A stretch of 64,000 nucleotides of DNA, from positions 64,604,001-64,668,000 of the forward strand of contig OZ024744.1 in the NCBI GenBank assembly GCA_964016885.1. Direction: 5' to 3'. This stretch comes from Eledone cirrhosa. Its lineage: Eukaryota. Positions 1 to 11,974 of the stretch are shown here, piece after piece. Within the stretch, counting starts at the first letter, position 1. Every line of letters starts with the position of its first letter. The notes below the pieces were generated by a model. The model did no database searches and had not been told where the DNA came from. It was given only the letters and a program-made list of their open reading frames with translations. The position numbers and the translations under genes are program-made.

Positions 1-81
1 TTCCCATCACTGTCCACTAATAAAAAATCTATAAATATTTGAATTAACAAATCTGTTTTTACATATGTTCTGATATTCCAT

Positions 82-116
<35 letters not shown>

Positions 117-150
117 AACACATACATTACATATGGTGCATACATTACAT

Positions 151-400
151 AATAGCCAAATTTTTCAAGGGTGTAATTCCTTATACAATCTTCCCATATA
201 AGGAATTACCTCTTGAAAAGTTCGGCTATTTATTTACCAGGCTAAAATTTCTAATCTAGTCCAGAAATAGCCGTTGAAACGGCTTGAGCTCTGCTGTCGG
301 GGTCATACATTTTCCTATTACCCACTCTACTACCCTAAGTATTGAGTACTCTGGTGCATTATGGTCCATCTGGTTCCTTACCACAACTCCTTTGTTATAT
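151..400. mobile_element. Short non-coding repeat with fold-back left end, probably Penelope-derived; same family as 47139-47340
   Basis: Imperfect inverted repeat 151-185 / 196-230; 261-400 aligns closely with 47200-47340 (ccagaaatagccgt...ccctaagtattgagtactc...ggttccttaccaca). Confidence 0.6.
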
Positions 401-545
401 CTATCTATCTATCCAATACCCTTACTATTAGGCCACGCGCTTCCACTATTGCCCAACTACATACAGCAAAATGAACTGGTCAAGTCATGTTGGACTGAAT
501 AACTATAGTGCACCATGCCATGGACATCTTTTATGAAACTGGTGA

Positions 546-1185
546 CTATTCTGACCATCCTTGATCATAGGAGCTATGGAAAACTGAAGCAGAAACTTCT
601 GATTTAAACAGTCTCCACTCCGTTTCAACATCTCCAGTTTGATCAGGGTGAGTTCTGAATTTAGATACAATAGTATTTGCAAATCTGATCCCGACTTCCT
701 TATCTGCCAGCACTTCCCACTTTATTCTGTAAGTCAAGCTGAACCTGCCAGTTTTGTGGGCTTTCTTGGCTTTAGATATCCCCAAGTTACAGATAACTAG
801 ATGGTGATCAGTTGACAGCTCAGCCCCTCTCTTAACATGAACATCCAGTACAGAATCAAAGAAATCAGCGACAATAACAAAATAAATTATTGATCTCTGT
901 TCCTGATTCCCCTTAGAGCATATATATTTATGGATGTCTTTGTGCTGGAAGATGTTCATAATAGAGAGCCCATTGCAAATGAAGTCTAATAAGGCCTCTC
1001 TATTTATATTTAGATTGGGATCACTGTTCTTTACAATCACTCCTTTCCATGTCAGGTGGTGAGCGCCAATATGTGCATTGAAGTTTACCATTAGTATATA
1101 TGACTCAGTCTTAACTACATCTAATGCTGCAGTGACTTCAACAAGGAAGGATCTGTTGGTTCAAGGGTTGCTTTTTTATCTAGCT
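546..1185 (-). pseudogene. Decayed non-LTR retrotransposon (RTE clade) AP-endonuclease fragment
   Basis: ORF 546-1091 has NFNAHIG, LLDF..NGLSIMN.FQHKDIHKY, RSII.FVIV and VKRGAELSTDHHLV motifs typical of LINE APE domains. Confidence 0.85.
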
Positions 1186-1847
1186 TATATCACAAATAGC
1201 CATCACATCTGGTGGCCTTATCACTATCCACCACCTGCACCTTGTTCTCTAGCAGAACAGATCTGTCAAGAATTTAAAACATTTTAAAAATTAAAATATT
1301 AAATCTTCATAAATATATTCTCCACTAGTGAGAATTTAAAAACTGCAACATCTAAACATTTTTGCCCATATCTGAGACATAAAATGGAGTGGTGGGGTTT
1401 TATTTGAGTATATACAATGTTTAACTCTTGTACTAGTTCTGTACCACATGAAATCAAAATAGCAAATATTGTAGTAACGATACTATAAACATTTGTATTA
1501 ACAAACCACATGAAACCACATTAGAGAAGCATTAAAAGTTTAAGTATTTACTCTAATACTAAGAAGTTTTACAATGAACTGTCCACCAGTAAAGATACTA
1601 TAAACATGTGAATTAACAACCTTGTTTTAGATATGTTCTGCTAAATTGTTACAGGACATTAAGAGTTAAAGAATGATACCTTCCTTGTTAGTAGATATAA
1701 AACAAGGTAATAAATGCTATTGATATATCTCAAATATACAGATCAATGTCACTATAAACAACTATTAAAAATGACAAATTTATCTGCAAAGCTAGCTTGT
1801 CCACTTTCTGTTCCCTTGGATGCATAAATAAGAATTTTATATTCTCA

Positions 1848-2006
1848 GACAGGTCAAGCAGTTGGTGTTAGGAAGGGCATCCAGCCGTAGAAAACCTGCC
1901 AGACAGTCCTATACGAGTGAGACGACCAAACTTGCCTCAAGTGGGACAATTCCCGTCTAAACCCATGCTAGCGTGGAAGATAGACGTTAAACGATGATGA
2001 TGATGA
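1848..2006 (+). mobile_element. RTE 3' tail / RTE-dependent SINE remnant
   Basis: gttggtgttaggaagggcatccagccgtagaaa...acccatgctagcgtggaaga...(gat)n matches the 3' ends at 15244-15412 and 19999-20167. Confidence 0.85.
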
Positions 2007-3246
2007 GGTCAAACGTTTTGTGGTCAGGATGAGCTAAAATTTAATTCATTGAGCTCACCAAATATGCCCCTGACACTGCATAAAAGAATTTTACTTCCTT
2101 GCGTTGAGTTTTTCCAATTATTCTACGAATACATGTATTTACATACCTATATATGTATACATGTGCATATATACATATCTAGCCGGGAGTAGTCCCAGTC
2201 ACTCTTACAATTTTCGCTACATTCACATATCTTTTGGTAAATTTACTGGAGGAGGGCACCTCCTTCTGCATCCTTACCAAGTGGAACTTGGAAAAGTCAA
2301 TGAAGAATAATATAATTTAGACTATAATTGATAAATGAAATTGAAAATGATATTGTGATCAGTTTTACATGTGTGTTCCATGCTGGTATCATGTGGATGG
2401 TATGAATAATCCTTGTTATAAATTTCTAGAGATTATATTACTATATAGTTTAGTATTTATTAACATCTGGCCTCTACCCTCTCCTTGATGATTTTCTGTT
2501 CCATACACAAATACATTGATACATGTAAAGTCCTACAATAAGTGCTAAGGAACAGCAACTGTCATGCCCTAACTATGACTGCATTGCTTATTGTTGCTCT
2601 CTGCTGTGAATCTATATTAGTTCTACCTAGGTCCCTTCTCCAGACTCTCCCAAAACCAGTGATGGTCCTCCTGTCAGTTTCATCAAGTATTCCAGTTATT
2701 CAATGAATGGAACATTCTGCTCATGAAACTAACAAGTAAGTGGCTAAGCATTCCACAGGAAGATTTAGTGTGTGTATGACAAGGCAGACACTTTGAATTA
2801 CATATACAATTAATCTGATAGCCTTCAAACAGTTTCCATCCAAACAATTTCATTCACAAGACATGGGTTGACCTAGTAAAGGCTGCCACATAGTGGGATA
2901 GATCCTGGGACCTAAAGATTATGAATCAAACTTTTGAATTATTCAGCTATGCTGTATCCACAGACAACAAACTATAATAAACTACAAAAGTACACTACAC
3001 TATCTATCTGCACTATCTATCACCTATGCAACGAAATAGACATGAAAAATTAAAGTGGCACAATTTGTTACCACAGCATAAAAAATTGACTTCCAAAAAT
3101 ATAGACATCTTCAAAACTACTGCAACAGTATCCTAAGAATCTTATATCCCCTAACTGAAACAAACATAAAAACAACATACTCATTCACACAGAAACAACT
3201 GCAACACCACTAGACTCACTTAACCCAAACATAGCGGTAGTGTGCT

Positions 3247-3818
3247 TTAACCCTTTAGCATTTAAACCGGACATATCCGGCCAGAAATCTCTCACCTCTT
3301 TTTGTACAAACTGGTTGTAACCAGCCACTCATACTGATGTTAAAGTATTGTTCTCAAAATAAATAATATTAAAATCTCATAGATTTGATATTATGTGAGA
3401 TAAAGCCTTTACCACGAAAATACAATAGTATATATAGAGTAATGTAAATGCTAAAGAGTTAAACCGGCCATATCTGGCCAGAATTGTCTCATCTCTTTCT
3501 GTTCAAACCAACTATAACTGGTTGCTCATATGTATGTTAACATATTGTTCTCAAAATAAATAATTGTTTCTAATTTTGACACAAGGCCAGCAATTACCCA
3601 GTACTTTATTTTATCGACCCCGTAAGGATGAAAGACAAAGTTAACTTCGACAGGATTTGAACTCAGACCGTAAAGAAACGTAACTATACTAGAAAGCATA
3701 GCGTCCAACCCTCAAAATCTCATAGCTTCAATATTATGTGAGATAATTATGAGAGGTAAAGCCTTTAACATAAAAATACAATAGTAAATATAGAGTAATG
3801 TAAATACTAAAGGGTTAA
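3247..3818 (+). mobile_element. piggyBac-type MITE, tandem dimer, second unit interrupted by a SINE
   Basis: TTAA-ccctttagcattt ... aaatgctaaagag-TTAA (3247-3462), then the body repeated to aaaggg-TTAA at 3818. Confidence 0.85.
3563..3712 (-). mobile_element. tRNA-derived SINE (Meta-domain-like core) inserted in MITE
   Basis: Reverse complement of gagttcaaatcc...tttcatccttacggggtcgataaaataaagtac; splits the MITE between aaaataaataat and caaaatctcatag. Confidence 0.85.
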
Positions 3819-4073
3819 TAAGTAGTGTGAAAAAACTAACTACCATGCTCCAATTGAGTTAGACACACTTAACTTCTGCTACAACAACAAATGTTTGTGG
3901 GCATACAGAAATAGACTTAACAGCAGAGAAACATACAATAACTCCAAACAAGAACAAACTCAGATCATAATGACTCCATCCTAAAACTCGTGTCACATGT
4001 AAATAAACATAACGATGTTATATTGATACTTCATTGCTGCTCCTTATTATTATCATCATCATCATCATTATGA

Positions 4074-4495
4074 AGATTGGTGGTATAGGAAGAGCATTGG
4101 ACAATATGCTTTATGGCATAGAGTTACAACCCTTTACGTTTTAAGTTCAAATCCTGCCGAGGTTAGCTTTGCCTTTCATCCTTACGGGGTCGATAAAATA
4201 AAGTACCAGTAATGCACTGGGCCGATTTAATTAACTTACCCTCCTTCCCAAAAATTGCTGGCCTTGTGCCTAAATCAGAAACCAATATTATTATTAACAG
4301 CTGTATGGGCAGTATCAATGGAATGTCGGAAAACATGCTTTTACGTTCTGAGTTCAAATCCCACCGAGGTTAACTTTGCCTTTCACCCTTAGGTCAATAA
4401 AATAAGGCACCAGTAATACACAGGGATCAATTTAATTGACTTTTCCCTTCCCTTCAAATTGCTGGCCTTGTGCAAAATGTAGAAATAATAATTAT
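4074..4495 (+). mobile_element. Two tandem tRNA-derived SINE copies
   Basis: B-box gttcaaatcc at ~4145 and ~4352, each followed by ctttgcctttca(t/c)cctta core and aaattgctggccttgtgc tail. Confidence 0.85.
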
Positions 4496-4646
4496 TATTA
4501 TTATTAACACCCTGCTTCTTAAAGATACCAACTATGGTGAAATACAAAACAGAGCCACGTATCAGTAGCTGAACACAACCAAATAGTATTGAGTGCTTAA
4601 ACTTGTGAACCAAGGTAACTAAACATTACACACCAATACACTAGAT

Positions 4647-4811
4647 CTGTGGTTCCCAAAGTGGGTTCCGTAAAGGAGTGTCTGAGGTTTCATGAAAAAA
4701 GGTAGAGGAGTATATATAACAACCATATAACAGCATTAGACTTTGGAGTTCCCCGAAAAGTTTCTGAACCAAAAAGGGTTCCGTGTTTGAAAAATTTGCG
4801 TAGAAACCCTG
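4647..4811. mobile_element. hAT-type MITE with 8-bp target site duplication
   Basis: Ends ctgtggttcccaaa / agaaaccctg; TSD cactagat at 4639-4646 and 4812-4819. Confidence 0.8.
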
Positions 4812-4825
4812 CACTAGATATATAA

Positions 4826-5335
4826 CAGGAAGACTTGGGATGAGGTGATAAAAGCTGACCTTGCACAATTGTACTTTTCGAAGACAATGACACTGGATCA
4901 AGATCTTTAGCGTTATGCAGTAATATACAAGACCTGCTTTCCCATATGCATGGATTGAAGTATATGTCTAGTATGCACCTCCTTCCCCTTCCCTACCCCC
5001 TTCCATGCACCTCCTGCATCATAATACACCACCTACGTCCTACCACTCCACTCTCACCCCAGCCTGCAGACCATACTGTAAAGAGGTCATTTTGGTGACA
5101 GGACAAAAAGCGCCCAGCCTTTACTGTAAAGTGGTCATTTCACTGCCACGATAAAAAGCATCCAGTCCATGCTGTAAATGTGGTTGGTGTTAAGAAGGGC
5201 ATCAAACTGTAGAATCCAAGCTCAAAACACTTCTGCATGAGCAAGACATAGTCAACTGACCTGACTTGTCTCAAATGGGACAACTCATCTAATGCAAGCT
5301 AGCTTGGAAACATGGATGTTAACAGTGATGATGAT
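4826..5335 (+). mobile_element. RTE LINE 3' end, degenerate
   Basis: Encodes [15 protein letters not shown]-like C-terminus, then 3' UTR subrepeats and (gat)n tail. Confidence 0.85.
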
Positions 5336-5564
5336 ATATATATAATTTTAAATTCTAAAAGATGACGCTGTATAAGAGAGTTCATTCATTAGTCAGTATT
5401 ATAAACAAATTAAACTGTAATTTTTAATCTTGTGAAATTTAAATATAGAAAATAAACAAATAATGACAAAAATATAATTGAAAAATATCAACAATATTCT
5501 AATAAAGATATCAAAATTAACACATCATGGAAAGCAGCATTATACATGTGTGGACATGTTCTGT

Positions 5565-5755
5565 TTAACCCTTTAACATTTAAACCAGCCATATCCGCCC
5601 AGAATTCTCTCACCTCTTTCTGTTCCAACTGGCTGTTCATACTGATGTTAAGGTATTGTTCTCAAAATGTCATAGATTCAATATTATGTGAGATAAAGCC
5701 CTTACCATGAAAATACAATAGTAAATATAATGTAATGTAAATGATAAAGGGTTAA
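5565..5755 (+). mobile_element. piggyBac-type MITE
   Basis: TTAA-ccctttaacattt ... aaatgataaaggg-TTAA; same body as 3247-3462. Confidence 0.9.
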
Positions 5756-6037
5756 TTGTTTAACCAGAGAAAGATGGGCCTCTGCTCATAGCCCACTATT
5801 TATTCATGGCCTCAAAGAATCAGAAAAGTTGTCTTCAGACCTGGCCTGAATGTTTTCAATACAGTGAAAAAGTATTAAAGGTATCTAAGAACCAATTAGT
5901 ATTTGTTAAATCAGACAACAGGTTAAATCTGCACCCAAAGAATTCAGAACATAAAGAGCTAGAACTAATAGTAACGACTGATGAATGAATGATGAATGAT
6001 AATGTTTGATGACTGATGATAAGGAGAAACTAATGAC

Positions 6038-6251
6038 TTAACCCTTTAGCATTTAAATCAGCTGTATCTTGCCAGAATTCTCTCACCTCTTTCTGTTCAA
6101 ACAGGCTGTAACTGGCTGCTCATACTGATGTTAAGGTATTGTTCTTAAAATAAATATCAAAATCTCATAGATTCAATATTATGTGAGATAAAGCCTTTAC
6201 TATGAAAATACAATAGTATATATAGAGTAATGTTATATGCTAAAGTGTTAA
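6038..6251 (+). mobile_element. piggyBac-type MITE
   Basis: TTAA-ccctttagcattt ... atgctaaagtg-TTAA. Confidence 0.9.
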
Positions 6252-6320
6252 CATGTTTCAATTTAAAGGCATGAAATTTTATTTTCAAGAAAAAAAATAA
6301 AAAAATAAATATAATATTAC

Positions 6321-6405
6321 CGTTATGTAAAGGCCATTGTTCGGAGAGATGAAGGTGTTAAATGCCACAAGTCTCTTAGTAATCCCCTGTTTCTATGGTA
6401 TATTC
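6321..6405 (-). other. Candidate 85-nt non-coding (5' UTR or lncRNA) exon of a host gene
   Basis: Minus strand: tttttgtttttccag|GAATA...TAACG|gtaata; apparently unique sequence among repeats; stops in all three frames. Confidence 0.45.
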
Positions 6406-7428
6406 CTGGAAAAACAAAAAGATAAACATATTTTCAGCACTGATTTCAAATAATATCATTTTAGTACTGTAGATTCAATTAGAACAGTAAATTCAATTTT
6501 TTGTTTATATTGGTTAAAATATTGTAATGAATTACTAAGACAACAGAGTGTATGTAGAGAGAACTCTTTTGTCTTGTCAAGAATATGGAAATCTCTCTAA
6601 TGTTGGCAGACCTGCCAAACTCTAAAAACCCAAACAAAGAGTACCATGAAAAAATTGCCCCAAGACAGGCAGAAATGAGGCAAAATGGGGAGATTTTACA
6701 TAATGAAAGCTATATCCATTTTCATAAGAGAAGACATCTCTGAAGCATGGGGTGGGAGAACTCCCCGTTGGACAGGGAGAGTTGACAGGTCTGTGTTAGA
6801 ACCATAATAAAATGCATCTAATACACTTTGTAAAGTAAGTTGGTGATCAAATGGAGTCAATGTGGAATAGAAAGAACACTGCTGTCTTGTCAAGGACATG
6901 AGAAGCTCCCTAGTGATGGTGCCATGATAAAATGCATCTAGTATACACTGTAGATTGGTTGACAGTAGGAAAGGCATTCGGCCAAAGAAAACGTGCCAAA
7001 ATTTTGAATGTATAAGTGGTCTTCTGACTGTCTAAGAAGACTGACACTGACTGCAATGATCTAACCAACACATACCAGCAGAGAGTGGACTTAGAAAGAT
7101 GACGAGGATACAGACAACTATGAATGATAAATAGAACTGGCAAAGCATGTCTCATTTTGTTTCAAGTTCAAATCTCTCCTCTGTCAAATTTGGTTCTCAT
7201 CACCCCAAAGCTACAAAATGATTTAGCCATGTAAGAGTGTGAGAAATAAATAAATTAGAGAACTATTCAATACACTGACATGTATGTGTATATGTGTGTG
7301 CATACATTTATATGTATGAGTATATAAATATAAACGCACTAACACAGACACACACACTCACACACAGTGTAGCAAATGTAACGCCAGTTGCTGTTTTGAT
7401 ATAGTTTTTTCACCATCTTCTTCCTTCC

Positions 7429-7466
<38 letters not shown>

Positions 7467-7550
7467 TGTGTGATGGACGGACGGAAGTCGCTCAAATTTA
7501 TATATAGATTACGTAAAAAAAAAACATTACATTATATAGACATTTCCTTG

Positions 7551-7999
7551 TTAACTCTTTCATTACTATATTTCTAATGAAAGACAACTTATGATTTTGA
7601 AATAATTTTGAAAATAATAAAAACAATTTATAGTGATTTAGTAATATAACTTTCTCATTATTATGGTGTTTGGAACATAACTTAACAAAGGTTCTTAAAT
7701 AAAATTATGATGGATGGTTTTTAGATAAATATAAACACTTTAAACCCTTTACCATATCTGGCCAGAATTCTCTCACCTCTTTCTGTTCAAACCAGCTGTA
7801 ACCAGCTACTCATACTCGTGTTAAAGTATTGTTCTCAAAATAAATAATATCAAAATTTCATAGATTCAATATTATGAGAGATATTTATATAAAGTAAAGC
7901 CTTTACCATGAAAATACAATAATATATATAGAGTAATGTAAATGCTAAAGGGTTAAAACAAACAGACAGTTTCAGTCAATTAGATGTCAAAAGGGTTAA
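7551..7999 (+). mobile_element. Older TTAA-type MITE containing a nested copy (7740-7956) of the local MITE family
   Basis: Outer TTAA-ctctttca ... tcaaaaggg-TTAA; inner element ends gctaaaggg-TTAA at 7956. Confidence 0.7.
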
Positions 8000-8580
8000 G
8001 TAAACATAGTGCTAAACTGCATTACCACCCTACTGTGTACTGGGCGTATTTTATCATAGCACCAACACTACCATTTAATGAGTGGAATTAGTGCATCACC
8101 ACTGCCATTTTAAAGAGTTAACTGGATGCATATTATTGTGGCATCAGAACTACCAAATTATAAATTATATTGGATGCGGAGCAAAAAGAGACAGCACTGG
8201 GAGAGGGTGGGAGGGAAGTATGAAAGAAGAAATACTATAGAGAGACAGGGTGATAGCTGATTGGTAGAAAGGTAGTGTGTGGGATACACCATAAGACAGG
8301 AGTTTGAGGGAATGGATTGGATATATGTCCAGGATTAAATGTATCCCTCTTATGTGAGCAGCATTGAGCAATGAATACAGAAATGGAAGAGTGATTATCA
8401 GAGGGTTGTGCGAATCTAACGGATTGCAAGCTACCCATATTTCTGTGAACGGTGTGGTACAGAGAATCTGAGAGAAAGTGAGTAATGCAGATGAAGAGAT
8501 TGTGACATATAGTGGACAGGGTTGTCAAGAAAGTAAGAGGGTCAGTATAGCAGAGTAGATTAAAAGAAATGGGAAGAGAT

Positions 8581-8796
8581 TTAACCCTTTAGCATTTACA
8601 TTACACTATATATACTATTATATTTTCACAGTAAAGGCTTTACCTCACATAATATCAAATCTATGAGCTTTTGGTATTAATTATTTTGAGAACAATACAA
8701 TAACATAAGTATGAGCAGCTGGTTTTGGCTGGTTTGAACAGAAAGAGGTGAGAGAATTCTGGCCGGATACAGCCGGTTTAAATGCTAAAGGATTAA
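8581..8796 (-). mobile_element. piggyBac-type MITE, inverted orientation
   Basis: TTAA-ccctttagcatttac ... taaatgctaaagga-TTAA; body is the reverse complement of 6038-6251. Confidence 0.9.
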
Positions 8797-8849
8797 GAGA
8801 GATGGCAAGAGATTTAACAGGAGTGTATAGGGTACCCTGTTTGTAGCAG

Positions 8850-9500
8850 TGCGCGGATATTTGCCAGCAATGTTAGTTGCCAATCACCACAGTATATTTT
8901 CATTTCTGTTTTGAGGTTCAGCTCTATGACGTCAGTTTTCACCACTTCATCCTGCGTCTTCCTAGGTGTACTTCTTCCACATATTCCATCAACATCAAGA
9001 GATCAGCATTTCTTTATACAATGGAGGACAACCTAATGCATTAGACCATAGAAAGCTTGCCAAACAAAGGGTCGGGACAACCCTTCAGTTGTGTCAAAGA
9101 CATGACAGCCTCCCTAGTATTGAGTGACCTATATGATAAACCCACCCAGTACATGCTGTAAAGTGGTTGTTGATAGGAAAGGGCATCTAGCCATAGAAAA
9201 CTTGCCAAACAAAGGGTTGTAAGGACGCTCAATTGTATCAAAGACAGACCTCTCCTGTGCACTCGATAGAACATGAGACCGTACATAAGCAAGATGCAAA
9301 TCCCTCAGCCTGTCTGCGAGATCAGTAGCCCTGCTTCAGTACTGATTTGGTCTATGTAGACCCATCCAACGCTTGCTGCAATGAATACAAACGTTAAAAC
9401 GACAATGATGATGATGAGGAGAAGGATGATCTGACATTTTCCATACGTATCACATGTCCAAACTAGTGCAGCTTTCTCTCTTGATAAACTTCTTTTTAGA
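8850..9500. mobile_element. Old RTE C-terminal fragment (minus) interrupted by an RTE-tail repeat (plus, ~9040-9417)
   Basis: Minus-strand GRSTPRKTQDEVVKTD-like translation near 8930-9000; ggaaagggcatctagccatagaaaa and (gat)n tail in the insert. Confidence 0.55.
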
Positions 9501-9825
9501 TATTTTCTGCTAAATTATTACAGGGTTCTTTGACTTTCATCCCTCCAAAGCCACAAATGAGTTAGCCATGTAAGTGTGTGAGAAATTAATACATTAGAGA
9601 ACCATTCAATATAGCAATGAAGTTCAATGACTGAATTAAAAAGAAAAACAGAAACGGCTGAAAAAGAGGGGAAGACCAGTCAGTAAAACGTAATATACAA
9701 TACTGTTGCTTAATGTGTTGTCCTGTTTGTACAGTAGCCAAAGAACTAAAACATTTACTTTATGTGAATAAAATTCCTTCGTACAAGATGATCTTTGGGA
9801 GAGTAGAAATATTTCAGTAACAAAC

Positions 9826-10222
9826 TAGTATTTAAACTGACCATATTCCGCCATAACTCTCTCACCTCTTTCTGTTCAAACTGGTTGTAACTGACCGCTC
9901 ATTTAGCATTTAAGCTGGCTGGCTGTATCCGACCAGAATTCTCTCACCTTTTTCTGTTCAAACCAACCATAGCCAGCTGCTTATACTTATGTTAAGGTAT
10001 TGTTCTCAAATAAATGATATCAAAATCTCATAGCTTTGATATTATATTAAGTAAAACCTTTACTGTGAAAACAATAGTAAATATAGAGTAATGTAAGTGC
10101 TAGAGGGTTAATGCATGGTGCTCAAAATAAATAACATCAAAATCTCTTAGCTTTGATATTATGCGAGATAATTATGTGAGGTAATGTCTTTACCACAAAA
10201 ATATAATAATATATAAGGGTTA
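9826..10222 (+). mobile_element. Rearranged/partial copies of the piggyBac-type MITE
   Basis: Left part repeated (9826-9900 then 9905-10111 ending gaggg-TTAA) plus a right-part fragment 10121-10222. Confidence 0.8.
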
Positions 10223-10681
10223 AATCATATATTTCACCAACAAAAAAATACATAAGCATAAATTCTCCAAATTGACAACATGAATTCCCGCTTCTTTTTT
10301 AAAATATAATCTAGATAACAACTATTAATTGTTGACACATGAAATCATGTTATATCTATACAAACAACTAATTAATACATGCGCACACACACGTGTGTGG
10401 GTGGATGTGTGTATGTATGAATACCTGAAAACTTAATGAGAAAAGTAAGCAATGACAGCAGGGTAGATTTAGGTTAGCAAAGAAACATTCATAATTGCTT
10501 CAAGTGTGATTATATGAATTACTATGTGTATATGTGTGTCTGTTTGTTTGCCATGATCATCATCATCATAGTTTTTAGAGTGACTTTTCCTCTTTAATGT
10601 TGGTTGAATGAAACCTTCTGAAGCAATGTTTTACAGCCTGATGAATTTCTAGGCTCAAAACACTTTCAGTCACTCCTTATG

Positions 10682-11041
10682 GCACACAAGGATGGATACA
10701 TTTCTGTGATGGCTTGCAGGACTATAATGAACAAGAGCGGGCTGAGGACCAAACCTTGATGTACTCCTACTTGTATCTGGAATTCCTCACTAAACTCCAT
10801 TCCTACCCTGACTTTACTGACAGCACCTCTGTACAAAGTTTGCACTGTCCTCACAAGCCATTCCTCAACACCTAGTTTCCTTAGGGACCACCAGATGACA
10901 GATCGGGGTACCCTATCAAAGGCGTTCTTTAGGTGAACAAAGGCTAAATATAGTGGCTTATTCTTCTCTAAGAACCTCTCTTGTAATTGTCTCACCAAGA
11001 AGAGGACATCTGTTGTACTTTTCCCAAGCACAAAACCAAAC
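10682..11041 (-). pseudogene. RTE reverse transcriptase fragment
   Basis: [19 protein letters not shown]...[22 protein letters not shown], homologous to 18530-18870. Confidence 0.9.
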
Positions 11042-11214
11042 TTTGGGAGTCCCTACATGGACACACTAGAAGAGGAAGACCAAGGTTAACGTATGTTGAT
11101 TCCCTAAGGACAGACACTGGTCTGTTGGAGACGCAGGACATGGCAGCGATAATGAGGGACAGAGACCGCTGGAGAGAACTCGTCCATGGATCTCAGGAAT
11201 TTTACCCACCTTAG
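11041..11214 (+). mobile_element. 3' end of a different RTE/RTEX-like LINE; stop codon directly abuts the (TA)n array
   Basis: [27 protein letters not shown]...[12 protein letters not shown]-terminal motif; TAG followed by ATATAT. Confidence 0.8.
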
Positions 11215-11224
11215 ATATATATAC

Positions 11225-11263
<39 letters not shown>

Positions 11264-11478
11264 CATACATACATACATACATATACATATATACATATAT
11301 ATATATACATATATATATATATACATATATATACATATACATACATATATATACATATACATACATATACATACATATATATACATATACATATATATAT
11401 ATATACATATATATATATACACATATATATATATACATATATATATACATATATACATATATACATATACATATATAC

Positions 11479-11511
<33 letters not shown>

Positions 11512-11518
11512 CATATAT

Positions 11519-11551
<33 letters not shown>

Positions 11552-11706
11552 TATATATACATATATACATATATATACATATATACATATATATATATAT
11601 ACATATACATATATACATATATATATATATATACATATATACATATATATATATACATATATATATACATATATATATACATATATACACATATATATAT
11701 ATATAA
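11215..11706. repeat. (TA)n/(TACA) microsatellite array
   Basis: Directly visible. Confidence 0.99.
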
Positions 11707-11862
11707 TAACTAGAGATTGATTAACATATAAATAAACATGAATAATCACAGGAGGTAATTTTTACAAGTGTGTAACCACACATAGCTAGGTAGGTAACTA
11801 AATAAAGTTGACCAGAACTTCAAAAATAGATACCTTATAATATGATTAATCTTCCCTCAAGA

Positions 11863-11921
<59 letters not shown>

Positions 11922-11974
11922 GTATATATATACATATGTATATATATACATATGTATATATATATATATATAAA

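Noticed and set aside
5977-6020. CTGATGA motifs near 5978 and 6013, and at 10638
   Set aside because: Low-complexity (atga)n context or decayed RTE tail; no closing stems or correctly placed GAAA.
8165-8528. Two overlapping minus-strand ORFs
   Set aside because: No convincing motif; possibly a very old LINE remnant but not supportable.
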